Assembly: GCA_951406725.2 (NCBI GenBank)
Contig: OX597831.1
Location: 57,536,001-57,600,000 of the forward strand
From: Octopus vulgaris
Taxonomy: Eukaryota
Length of the DNA stretch: 64,000 nucleotides
Reading direction: 5' to 3'
Part shown: piece after piece, positions 26,835 through 38,930 of the stretch
Layout of the letters: every line of letters starts with the position of its first letter
How positions within the stretch are numbered: the stretch's first letter is position 1
Translations under genes and position numbers: made by a program
Notes under the pieces: model-generated
The model's database searches: none
What the model was told of the DNA's origin: nothing
The model's input: the letters and a program-made list of their open reading frames with translations, nothing else

Positions 26835-27430
26835 GGACAATTATAACTGTCCTAGATTATTGTAATTTTAGTAGATATCAAAAAGAAGATCTCACAGAGA
26901 GTAAGGGCCAGATGGAAGGCGTTTAATGGCATAAGGGATGTGCTCAAGGGAAGGTTGGACAGGACCACCCACGCCAACCTCATCAACAGGACAGTTCTAC
27001 CTGCAATGTTATATGGTAGTGAAACATGGGCTACCACAAAGAGAGAAGAGCAGAGACTGGTAACGGCTCAAAGAGCCATGGAAAGGTCAATGCTTGGTAT
27101 CTCGTTGAGAGAGCACATCAGTAGCAAGATCATCAGAAAGAAGTCCGTGGTGAGGAATGTCATCGCAGAGTATACATGCAGCAAGTTTAGATGGGCTGGA
27201 CACGTCGCCTAGCTCATCGATAATCGGTGGACCTGCACAGTTGTCGAGTGGTACCCGCGCGAGCAGAAACGACCACCCGAAAGGCCTCCATGATGGTGGA
27301 GTTACGATTTGAGGAGGACGATTGGGATCTCGTGAATGAGAAAGGCGTGATCCAGAGAGGAGTGGACAGCATGCTGTGACCAGCGGTGTCAAATGGACGC
27401 CCAACGGACTGGTCGGTCAAGATGATCATT
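26835..27430 (+). mobile_element. RTE-1-like LINE ORF2 3' fragment (second family)
   Basis: VLPAMLYGSETWATTKREEQRLVTAQRAMERSMLG...KFRWAGHVA*LIDNRWT...EWYPR. A related short relic lies at 18011-18170. Confidence 0.88.
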
Positions 27431-28081
27431 ACTATATATTTAATCAGTTGACCTACCAACTTTTTTTTTACTCTGAACTGAAGGAAAGGGTTATAATAGC
27501 ACTTTGAACACACCCTACTAAACACTGCTTGTAATAGCTGATTAGCTTGCAGAATGCAGTTGGGACGCTTAGAAGCTGGCCATGCAATAAAGTTTTGTGT
27601 TAAATGCTACAGAAACTACTGTGAAGGAAGGAACAGGGAAAAGGGGAAAGTGTTGCGTCAGGGGTTAATGGGTGAGACATAATGATAATGAGGTGGGTTG
27701 AGCAAGAAATGCTGATGAGACTGGGCCTGGTGCAGCCTCCTGGCTTCCCAGACCCCAGTCGAACTGTCCAACCCATGCTAGCATGGAAAGCGGACGTTAA
27801 ACGATGATGATGATGTTCAGATCTGTGACAACTTTAACAAAGACTGGTCAGCAACTTTAACAATGATTTTGTTACGAATGGAATGAAATGGACTGCAAAT
27901 TAAGTTTTCAGGTGAAAAATGAAAGAACTTAATTAGGAGCTAAATAATTAAAGATATTCAGAGCAAAAATAGTTTTAAAAAGTACTAGAAAATTGTAAAT
28001 AGTCATGACTGAAGGAAAATAACAAAACAATACCCCAGACTAGCTCACACCTACTTAAAACTTAAGACAGAGAGCACACAC

Positions 28082-28253
28082 CTGTCATAGTAGAAATTCC
28101 AAGGAAAACAGAAAGGTTTCTTCCAGCAACTAACTCGAACTCCAGTTGCGTACATTCTTGGTTGCGTCGAGTGAATTTCACTAACAAAAGACCTGTAACA
28201 AAGACAAAAGCATATGCCACAACTACAACTGCTAATGCTACGACGTCAACCAT
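28082..28253 (-). CDS. SLC5A7: SLC5A7/CHT1-like solute:sodium symporter, coding exon 1 (MVDVVALAVVVVAYAFVFVTGLLLVKFTRRNQECTQLEFELVAGRNLSVFLGISTMT+G)
   Basis: Hydrophobic TM0 followed by AGRNL...TMT, matching human CHT1 GGRDIG...FTMT. Acceptor tttcAG at 28281-28280 (exon starts 28279), ATG at 28253, phase-1 donor G|GTGTGT at 28081. Confidence 0.9.
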
Positions 28254-28515
28254 TATCACAGCAGCGGATTTATTTCCAGCTGAAATGAGAGAAAATTAGA
28301 GAATTATAAAATATATATATAAATAGATGTGTGTATTTTACCCTTGTTTACAATTAACACGGGAAAAATAGATAAACAGTCACCAGGGTAGCAAAAAAAT
28401 CACACAAGTAATATGGACTTAACACCCTGTTTGTAAAGGTAGAAACTCCGGGTTGATGTGAAATATTTTGTATAATATATATAAATAAATAAATGGAGTT
28501 AAACGCAGGTGTGTG

Positions 28516-28562
<47 letters not shown>

Positions 28563-28601
28563 GTGTGTGTGTGTGTATATATATATGTGTGTGTGTGTGT
28601 G

Positions 28602-28685
<84 letters not shown>

Positions 28686-28826
28686 ACTTATAAACAAGGG
28701 CAAAAGGAAAAAATTCTAATGCCAAATATGTCGAAAATAGACAAATCGTCAACAACTATATAATTTATCACTATAAGCACGCATCTCGAAGTAAGCCGAC
28801 AGAAACTTCTAAAAAATTCCATTATC

Positions 28827-29079
28827 ATCATATTGGTCCCAATTTCAGAGTTAATTCATAAGAATTTTCTCCTTGTCAGCGATAAATACGGTAAGAAATA
28901 AATGAAATACTTACTTATACACATGGAAGAAGCAAACACTAAGTCATGAGCACACCTAAGTACTCCAAATATATCCAAAATAGAAATTCTCCAGCACACC
29001 TCGAGACACTTCTTCCATGGGTATAAGTATTTAATTTATTTCTTAGCGTATTTATCGCTGACGAGGAGAAAATTCTTAT
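28827..29079 (-). mobile_element. Inverted-repeat element containing a hammerhead-like motif
   Basis: Arms at about 28858-28932 / 29009-29079. The minus strand 28883-28827 folds as a hammerhead (see findings). The right arm is cut by an RTE tail. Confidence 0.65.
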
Positions 29080-29432
29080 CATCATCATCATCATCGTTTA
29101 ACGTCCGTTTTCCGCGCTAGCATGGGTTGGATGGTTCGACCGGGGTCTGGGAAGCCAGGGGCTGCACCAGGCTCCAGTCTGATGTGGCAAAGTTTCTACA
29201 GCTGGATGCCCTTCCTAACGCCAAGCACTCCACGAGTGTAGTGGGTGCTACATAAATATATAGATATATATATATAAACATATCTAATATATATATATTT
29301 AACTATATATAGGTATATAAACATATATAGATATATAAACATATATAGATCTGTAAACATATATAGATATGTAAACATATATAGATATGTAAACATATAT
29401 AGATATGTAAACTTATAGATATATGAACATTT

Positions 29433-29468
<36 letters not shown>

Positions 29469-29689
29469 AATAATGATAAATCTCAGATCGAGTTATAAAT
29501 ATATATATAGTAGCGGTAACACAACGTGATGCATATATGCCATTTGAATATGGCTAACCCAAAAGGGTGGATGCTACTGTAGTTTGTAGCCCCAGGAAGA
29601 CACCTCCTCCCGCTGGCTATAGACACACTATCTGTGTCCTGTCAGTATTTGTGAAGGGGAGTCATCCTCTCCGTCTTCAACACATGATA

Positions 29690-29734
29690 CACATGTACCC
29701 GAGTTTCAAGGTGTTTACCTTTCATCAGCGAGTG
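29690..29734 (-). ncRNA. Minimal hammerhead ribozyme-like motif, catalytic core intact
   Basis: CACUCG-CUGAUGA-AAGGU-aaac-ACCUU-GAAAC-ucgg-GUA-CAUGUG. Confidence 0.7.
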
Positions 29735-29881
29735 ACAATCATATATATAAATATATATAATATCATATATATAAATATATATATATAAAAATATAAACAT
29801 ATATAGATATGTAAACATATAGATATATGTAAACACATATCTATATATGTTTATATTTTTATATATATATGTATATATGTG

Positions 29882-30250
29882 ATATTAAATTAGAGATAAA
29901 ACCACTATTAGGCAAATCAAACAGTGAAAAACATAAGCCAATACATAAAATTAATTAAAAATATAAAATTATATTTATATACTCTTTATCTTTTATTAAA
30001 CTTTTAATACTTTTGATATATACATATAAAAAAATAAAAATAAATTAATTAATAAATAAAATAATATATAAATATAAAAATATACATACATACATATATA
30101 TATATTTGTATATATATATAAAATTTATAAGTTTAAATTATTTAGATAATATTTTATTTTTAACTTTTATATTTTTAATTAATTTTATGTATTAGCTTAT
30201 GTTTTTCACTGTTTGATTTGCCTAATAGTGGTTTTATCTCTAATTTAATA
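29882..30250. repeat. Inverted repeat, about 89-bp arms around an AT-rich spacer
   Basis: 29882-29970 is the near-exact reverse complement of 30161-30250. Confidence 0.85.
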
Positions 30251-30355
30251 TAATATAATATATTTATACTATGAAATTGGATTTAATCCTAAATCTCATT
30301 TTTCCTTGTAAGTTTGGATTTATTCCCTAATATTATTATTATTATATATTATTAT

Positions 30356-30394
<39 letters not shown>

Positions 30395-31209
30395 GAGTGG
30401 CTGTGTGGTAGGTATCTTGTTTACCAACCACATGGTTCCGGGTTCAGTCCCACTGCGTGGCACCTTGGGCAAGTGTCTTGTGAGTGGATTTGGTAGATGG
30501 AAACTGAAAGAAGCCCATCGTATATATGTATATATATATGCGTGTGTGTGTTTGTGTCTGTGTTTGTCCTCCGAGCATTGCTTGACAACCGATGCTGGTG
30601 TGTTTATGTCTCCGTTACTTAGCGGTTCTGCAAAAGAGACCGATAGAATAAGTACTGGGCTTACAAAAGAATAAGTCCCGGGGTCAAGTTGCTCGATTAA
30701 AGGCGGTGCTCCAGCATGGCCGCAGTTAAATGACTGAAACAAGTAAAAGAATAAAAGAAAGAAAGAATATGAACATATATGTATATATAAACATAACTCA
30801 TCTTTTATTTGTTTCAGTCATTGGACTGCGGCCATACTGGGGCACCACCTTCAAACAGCGGAAGTGAGCTAGAGCGTTAAAACTTAGTACACATGCACAG
30901 CAGAATTTAAGGTCACTGTGCATGCTTTAACCTCATTACTATAGCAACAAGCCGGATGTTTATTGTGTGTGTGCATGTGTGTGTGTTTCACAATATATGG
31001 ATTCCAGTAATGCAGTAGTACTCATAAAAAAAAGCTCCTCAATGTATCATTCTACAAAATGTATAGACTATATAGTATGATACAAGAGAAAACGATAAGG
31101 AATGTATGAAGTCATGTATGTCAGAGAAATAGGTTGATGAAATTTTATTTAAATAGAATTTCATTAAACTATTTCTCTGTCATTTATGACTTTATATGTA
31201 TATATATAT

Positions 31210-31585
31210 AGGCATACCAGTGCAGAATCACCTCCCTCCGACAAGTCATCCTAACGTGACGTCTGCGTTGGCTGGGTCATGCCCTCTGTCGTCAACCAGG
31301 AGAATTCATCTACAAAGCAATTGCCCCAGCTCCCTTTCAGGGTTGGCGAAAGCAACGTGGTGGACAATGAAAAACCTGGCTGATGACAGTCAAGGCTGAT
31401 CTGGAACCCAACCTAGGCCCCCATATCTACGGCATTCGCTGCTGGAATAAGGAGTGGTTGGAGATCACGCGGTCATTAGCCTCAAATCGCCAGGCCTGGT
31501 CGGCATTTGTGAGAGATGCAGCATTGAGGATAAATGAAGCCAGCTCAACCCACCCCGGGTGAATGCTGTAAGAAGAAGAAGAAGG
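31210..31585 (+). mobile_element. RTE-type LINE 3' end with (AAG)n tail (third family)
   Basis: RLRWLGHAL...GWRKQRGGQ*KTWLMTVKADLEPNLGP...LASNRQAWSAFVRDA. Confidence 0.75.
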
Positions 31586-32961
31586 CATACCTACACAATT
31601 GTACTCCTTCTGACTTTGTTTCCTCAAAACTTTCAGAAAATGGTTATTTTCATTATGAAATTTTCCACAAATACCTTTGAGATGGTGAAGAAAGGAGCTT
31701 CAGAAAATTCACATGAGTCGACTTTGTTTCCTCATTCCTTTCAGAAAAGAGCCTTTTTTTTTTTTTTAATGAAATTTTCTACGAAATACCTTTCAGATTG
31801 TGCACAGCAGAATTTTAAAATGAGAAAGAAAGACATAGGTGGGTTCATACTGTCACACATGACATATATTTACAAAATGAAACTTGAAATTTTGAAAACA
31901 ATTCCAACGTGTCAGTACACCTGTGTGCTTGTCCAACTATTGTTTTATTTTTATTTTAATTTTTTTTAATTTTTTGTATTAAATTCCGATCTAACTGTAA
32001 TCTACACAATCTGGAAGATATTTGTAGAAAATTTCATATAAGGTGTGGCTGTGTGGTAAGAAGCTTGCATCCCAACCACATGGTTCCAGGTTCAAGCCCA
32101 CTGTGTGGTACCTTGGGCAAGTGTCTTCTACTGTAGCCTTAGGCCAACCAAAGCCTTGTGAGTGGATTTGGTAGATGGAAACTGGAAGAAGCCTATCTTA
32201 TATATGTGTGTGTGTGTGTCTTTGTCCCCCAGCATCGTTTGACAACCAGTGTTGGTGTGTTTGCGTCCCTTTAACTTAGCGATTCAGCAAAAAATACTGA
32301 TAGAGTAAGTACTAGGTTTTAAAAATAAGTCCTGGAGTCAATTTGTTCGACTAAAACCCCTCAAGGCGGTGCTCCAGCATGGCTGCAGTCAAATGACTGA
32401 AACAAGTAAAAAAAAAAAATAGAAAAATGCAATCCATTTTTCTGAAACAAAACTGAATCTTGCAAATTATCCGAAACTCCCTGCTACTGTCCCAGAAAAA
32501 AAATTTTCACAACACAGTCCAATATAATCGAAATCAATACCATCTGACGTGATTTTGTAGAAAATTTCAACAAGAAATGCCAATTTTTCTGAAAGTCTTA
32601 ACACGTTTGTAATTCCAACGGCAATAGGAAATCGTGTTATGACATGTGTTCGTTAGTTTAATGAAATGGATCCGTGTCGTTGAATATTTTGGATAGAGTA
32701 GAAAATGTAATATGCGGTTAATCAACAAAGCTAAACCCCAGAGTTAATCCTTAATACTCTTTTACTTGCTTCAGTCATTTGAATGTGGCCATGCTGGAGC
32801 ACTGCCTTTAGTTGACCAAATCGACCCCAGGACTTATTCTTTGTAAGCCAAGTACCTATTCTATCGGTCTCTTTTGCCGAACCGCTAAGTTACAGAGACG
32901 TAAACACACCAGCATTGGTTGTCAAGCGATGTTGGGGGTACAAACACAGACATACAAACAT

Positions 32962-33019
<58 letters not shown>

Positions 33020-33726
33020 GACGGGCTTCTTTCAGTTTCCGTCTACCAAATCCACTCTCAAGGCTTTGGTCGGCCCGAGGCTATAGTAGAAGACACATGC
33101 CCAAGGTGCCACGCAGTGGGACTGAACCTGGAACCATGTGGTTCGTAAGCAAGCTACTTACCACACTATTTTTATAGTAACGTGACAAGGAGTTAAAACT
33201 TCTATCTTTGTAAACTTTAATACGAGAGAGATAAGCAACTTTGTTAGAAATCTTTCTTCAAAAATTAAAAATTCTGCGCTACAGATAAGTCTCAAAATAA
33301 AGATTTTCCTCAAATATGAGCAAGAAGCGAAAACAATGCATATATATACACACACCTGATACAACACGTTTCATAAGATAAACGAAATATATTTACAGAA
33401 GAATATTATGAATTATTTAATGTGATACAGCTTAGTTTATGTTTGTAGATGTGTTTACGATGATATAAAGAAGCATATCACTTAGTACTAAAATGTCCTA
33501 AGTTCAGAAATAAGATAAGCAATTACATCTTTCAAGAAAATTGACGATAAATACAGCTTTTATATATTTGTATAAAATGTTGGATTAAAATGAATTAAGC
33601 CCGAGAAGTTGTTGACTAATAAGATAACGTGTTCTTGGCTGATGTCCTTCAAGAATATAGAAAGAATGGGAGAGAAATAAAAATCATACCGACCGAACTA
33701 ATTATCTCTATTTGGTCGAAACTTAC

Positions 33727-33930
33727 GTCGATCGAAGATTATCGACAGTAAAATATAAAGCGATTTAAATAAAACTTGTGAGTGGTTACTCGGATGAATT
33801 TTATAACAAAGGATTTAAGGCTACTGAATTAAGTAAGAGCACACAATGGGTGCGGTCATATTCATTCGTTTTCCGAAATTCTGAATAAAAATATTATTAC
33901 ATAAACCTCAAGAGCTGCGAAGGTACACAC
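33727..33930 (-). promoter_or_regulatory. Candidate 5' non-coding exon / promoter region of the SLC5A7-like gene
   Basis: Coding exon 1 has a splice acceptor upstream of its ATG, so an earlier exon must exist. This non-repetitive, locally CpG-richer stretch ends in a minus-strand consensus donor GAC|GTAAGT at 33726. An alternative donor, AAG|GTAAGA, lies near 34742. Confidence 0.25.
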
Positions 33931-35023
33931 AAAAAACGAAAAAAATCATTCATTTCTACTGTCGTTCCTTTATGCATTTCTCTTTTTTTTTAAATATCAG
34001 CTGTTTGATCATCTACATATCGTACATAGATAGAAAACATTGAAATTATATCATTTCCATTCTCTTCTTTCTCGCAAAAGTATCATTATAGGTTGTCATA
34101 TTTTTATCGTTAAATGATAACCATGTACAAATTTCTACACGTGTGACTATTTACCTCCAGAACTACAACCGATCCTAAATGAAACGGCATCATAAGAATT
34201 TTTTGTTTTCCCTGCATTCCTATAGTATTTGGAACATGCTACCAGAGGTACACAAAATTTTCAAACACCAGGTAATTAGCTTACATCATCTTACCTATAA
34301 ATCAAAACTGTGCCTAATATTACCGACTTTTTGTTTTCTCATATGTAATTTTCACACTATAAAATTATGTTTCTATCTTTTCTCTTGCTTAACACTAATG
34401 GAATAAATATTCAAATAGTGATATATTTTTTTTAAATACATTTTTCGCAAACTTTAAATATTAAAAAAATATCGTAATATAATTCATAGAAGGCAAAATA
34501 CTCAACCTCAGCCGGCGTGGTTCTTTATTGTTATTTCTTTTTTGTTTCGTTTTGTTTTCATATACACTGGAAATAACATGTTGACATACATCTATATCAA
34601 GGTCTCGATGTTAAATTAAAATTTCTAAACCTGTTATAGAAATCATTTAAATAATAACCAAAACAATATTCGTCCCACTCCTGTCTACGGTGGAGAGATG
34701 AGAATTTCTAAATTGATTCGTAGAGTTACCTCCCGTTCTTACCTTGACCACGTGGAATAATACAATCTTTTACTGTTTATTTAGATTCTTAATAAGAAAT
34801 GGAACTTTATTAAACAAGCGGTTGAAAGTAAATAATTAACCTCCAAATAAATTTATAAAAACTTTTAACCTTTTTTTATTACATTATAAAAGCGATATTT
34901 GAAATTCGATTTCTTACTGAAACAATGAGGTGAAACAATTCATGAAATGGAAAATAAAACAAAAGATTGAAAATTATGAACAGAAATATTTAACTGATGT
35001 AAATACGTCGGAGCGAGATGTCA

Positions 35024-35213
35024 GGATCTCTTCGAAATTGCCGAAATGCAAGAAATTAAAGACCAAATATCTTACAAACTATAGAATTTTCTCAATAAAG
35101 CCAAGAGAAAAAGATGTTTTATAAACACATTCTACCAGTAAACGAAGTTAAAAATTTTTTAGTTACATAGAAATTATTAAAAAAAAAAACTGCCGTTCAA
35201 ACCGAAAAGATCA
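35024..35213. mobile_element. GGATC-ended MITE (Merlin-like), short copy
   Basis: Right TIR AAAACTGCCGTTCAAACCGAAAAGATC; 8-bp TSD AGATGTCA on both sides. Confidence 0.75.
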
Positions 35214-35679
35214 AGATGTCAGTATATTTACCTCTGCCACCGATGCTATACACGAAGTTGGACCATTTTAATGACATCAGAGAAATATCAACTAAAACAA
35301 CCCATATATAATAGAAGTCGGGTCCTTTGGACATACATGCACGTCGCTAAGGGGGTGCGCTGGACGGCACTGTCCCCTCATTGTTCATTGGCGTAACCTC
35401 ATATTTACAGTGGTACACTTATTTCGAAATTCCACTTTAACATTGTTACAAATTAGTGCCGACCCACAATATTCGGTGCAACTTTAACGTGCAGTCTACT
35501 GCAGTATCTTGTCTAAGCCATGAAATTACTTTTAGCGTGCGGTCTACCTTTTCTTACCCTCTTAACTTGTCAATATAAAGTTTAAGACCCATTAACGGAA
35601 ACAAAAAAAAACCCAGCCTACTAGGTATAAAAACTGTGAAGAAAACGAATATGAAAAAAAAATTGCGCAAACGAACGTG

Positions 35680-36030
35680 GGTGGGGAGAGGACTTTTGGA
35701 AAAATCACAAGATCCGATTTTTCCCTCATAACTTTCAGGAAAATGGATATACATTGATGAAATTTTATAGAAATACCGTTCAAATGGCACAAATTACGAT
35801 TATAAAGAAATTTCTGGGGAAAATTTTTCCGGGGGTATGGGGAGAGGACTGTCGGAAAATTCACACGATCTGTTTCTCCCCCTCATAACTTTCAGGAAAA
35901 TGAATAACTTTTAATGAAATTTTACAGAAACGTCTTTCAAACAGCATAGATTACGATTATAAAGAAATTTGTAGGAAAAATGTTTCCCGAATGGGAGGGG
36001 AGAGAACTGCCGGAAAGTTCACACGATCCG
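35680..36030 (+). repeat. About 160-bp tandem repeat (2.3 copies), probably internal to a DNA transposon
   Basis: GGGGAGAGGACT...CACACGATC...CATAACTTTCAGGAAAATG...TTACGATTATAAAGAAATTT recurs. Confidence 0.7.
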
Positions 36031-36823
36031 TTTTTTTTTTTAAAGGATTTCTATTGACGTATACGTTTACAGAGGAAACAGCAGTTGCATTTTTACTGAG
36101 AGATCATGGTCGGATTCCAAAGCAACTATTTGAAAGAAAATGAGGCGTTAGTAGTGAGCTTTTCCAAACACACCTCGATCACTTTTGTTGGAAAGTTTTA
36201 GGAAAAGATGCAGCGGATTTGTTTATGGCATTCCTATATGATGTACGAAGTGTGTGTCGCTAATTAAGATTTAAGTGTAAGTTATTAATAAATCATTATT
36301 CAACATTATTCAATTTGTTTTTATCATCCTGTAGTATAAAGTTCTTATAGTGGAGGTAGATCGCACGCTAAAGTGTAAAAGGGTAAGAAAAGGTAGACAG
36401 CACGCTAAAAGTAATTTCACAGCGTAGGCAGGATACTGCAGTAGACCGCATGCTAACGCAGCACCTCAGCCACCAAAGTATGGTGACGGGTCTGCATTTC
36501 GAAATTCTAGTGTATCCATCGACTTTCAACTGTTTGAGAACAGTAATCGCGTACATTTTACTGATGTGAGAAAACTATCTTCCCTTATTAAATAATACGG
36601 TACAGCATGTATTGATTACTGCGATGGACTGGCGTCCCGTTCAGCTGTTGCGGGGACACATACGCCACAGAAACCAGGAAACCGGGCCCATGAGCCTGGG
36701 TAGGCTTGAAAAGGGCGCATAAAAAAATGTATTGATTAACATTGGGATCTTAGACATTTCGACTCCCGGGTGCCAATCTCTTAAGACGGCATCCATGCTG
36801 GAACTACAACGCTTCCACTACAA

Positions 36824-36972
36824 CAGGCATGGACAAACTGTGGCTCGCGGGACTCTCTGAATGGCATGTCAACGAAAAATTACTTTTAATTTTTTTAGTA
36901 ATGCAGCTCACCTGATGATCAACCTTGGCTCATACGGCGGCCCATTCACTGAAACCGGTTGCCTTATGCCTG
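36824..36972. mobile_element. hAT MITE (MER5-like)
   Basis: Ends CAGGCAT...ATGCCTG; imperfect 8-bp TSD cactacaa/ttctacaa. Confidence 0.55.
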
Positions 36973-38080
36973 TTCTACAAATAAAAAGTAAAAATGACGA
37001 AAGCTTACAGGTCAGTACAAAATACTATCAAGAGAAAAAATAAATAACAAGCGGAGTTTGGTCGGAATTTCCGATAACGAGTGTTCAGTTGTACGACCAA
37101 AGGAATTACAAAGTTCAGTTAATCAGTGTGTAAGTAGCTGGGTATTCCCCAGAAATGTATATGTGCCTTTAATGTAACCCCCAGACGGAATCAGCGTGAC
37201 ACGTTGAACCAAGGCCGAACCTTTGAGTTAGCAGGACAATTCCTCTGCTGGGCTTCTATGCAGATTCCATCCACTCAGTTTTACTAGCGAGGTTTTGGTT
37301 GGCCCGAATCTATAAAAAATTGCATTTGCTATGCAGTAGAATCGCCCTTGGGACCTCGTGATTGGATGGCAAATCTCTTTACCATATTGCACTTACAAGG
37401 GAGAGAAAATTAATTTATATCTAAACAGGCAGTCAAACTGACTTATATTTTCACTATGAATCCATATTTAAAGGTGTCAGAACTTCTGGTTATGTATGTT
37501 AAAAGTTTGGAGGTGCGGCAACTCTATTCGACTGCGCTGTATTGGTGTCGCCTGGTTTGGGAGTCCCTTTTGGGCTATTTCAACGGAAGTAAACCTGCTG
37601 CCTACCTTCGACACCCCATAGTTGTACGTTATCTGAATTTTCCTTCGTTGCTGCCGATTTATTTGCTTGTTTTCATTAGGCTCTACAACCAAGAAACTAT
37701 GTATGTGTAAGGAAGGGGGTCACCAAAATTGTAACGATTACGTGCTCATTCTTGCACGATTTTTATGTGGCAAATATATGTTGCGACCAAACTGGGGTTG
37801 TATACAGGTAAGTGTGGTGTATCTGGGAGCGAAGGTGCAGTAAGCATAGTCTGCGTTCTATATTTCAAAAAAAGACGTCTGAGGTGTGCTGAATCAGGAA
37901 AAGCGAGCTGAGTCTGCGCAGACGTTGGAAACAAGACAATGAAAGTACAAATAGTAGGGTGCATCCGTGTAACTGGATGTAGTGCATCTTTTCTTGTTTC
38001 AGTTATTTGACTGCGACAATGCTGGAGTACCGCCTTGAAGAGTTTTTAGTCGAGCAAATCGACCTCAGGACTTTTTTTTT

Positions 38081-38492
38081 GGATCTTTTCGGTTTGAACG
38101 GCAGTTTTTTCTAGCGGTGTCATATGAAATTGTCACCCATAATTATGACCCTAGTATCGATCTATTGCATTTCAATCTCTTTTAGGGTTGGGGGTGGGGG
38201 AAGGGTATCTTTTTTTCTTCACAAATGTAAATAAGCCTAATCTGTTTGTTAAATGAGGGACATATTCATACGACACAGAATGTTTTTTAACTCAATAGAA
38301 GTCATTGATTGGTTGAAATTGCAAAAATTGAAGAAAGAAACAACAACAAGTACCTTACAAACTATAGAATTTTCTCAATAAAGCCAAGAGAAAAAGATGT
38401 TTTATAAACACATTCTACCAGTATACGAAGTTTAAAATTTTATAGTTACATAGAAATTATGTTAAAAACTGCCGCTCAAACCGAAAAGATCC
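38081..38492. mobile_element. GGATC-ended MITE (Merlin-like), longest copy, inserted in a SINE
   Basis: About 29-bp TIRs GGATCTTTTCGGTTTGAACGGCAGTTTTT. C(T)n flanks are compatible with an 8-bp TSD. Confidence 0.85.
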
Positions 38493-38559
38493 CTTTTTTT
38501 TAAAGCCTGGTACTTATCCCATCAGTTTCTTTTGCCGAGCCGCTAAGTAACGGGCACAT

Positions 38560-38881
38560 AAATTTCATTATGGAATATTTTTCTTCTACGTTGTGCTGCC
38601 TATATTCCGTACTAATAACACATTTTTGAGCCAATTCATTTGCCTCATTATCAGTCTGTTTGAACTAAGATCCATACTCATTTTGCATATCTGTCATTTC
38701 TTTTTTCAAATATCTGAATCAAACTGTGTGGTAAGTAGCTTGCTAACCAACCACATGGTTCCGGGTTCAGTCCCACTGCGTGGCATCTTGGGCAAGTGTC
38801 TTCTGCTATAGCCCCGGGTCGACCAATGCTTTGTAAGTGGATTTGGTAGACGGAAACTGAAAGAAGCCTGTCGTATATATG

Positions 38882-38930
<49 letters not shown>

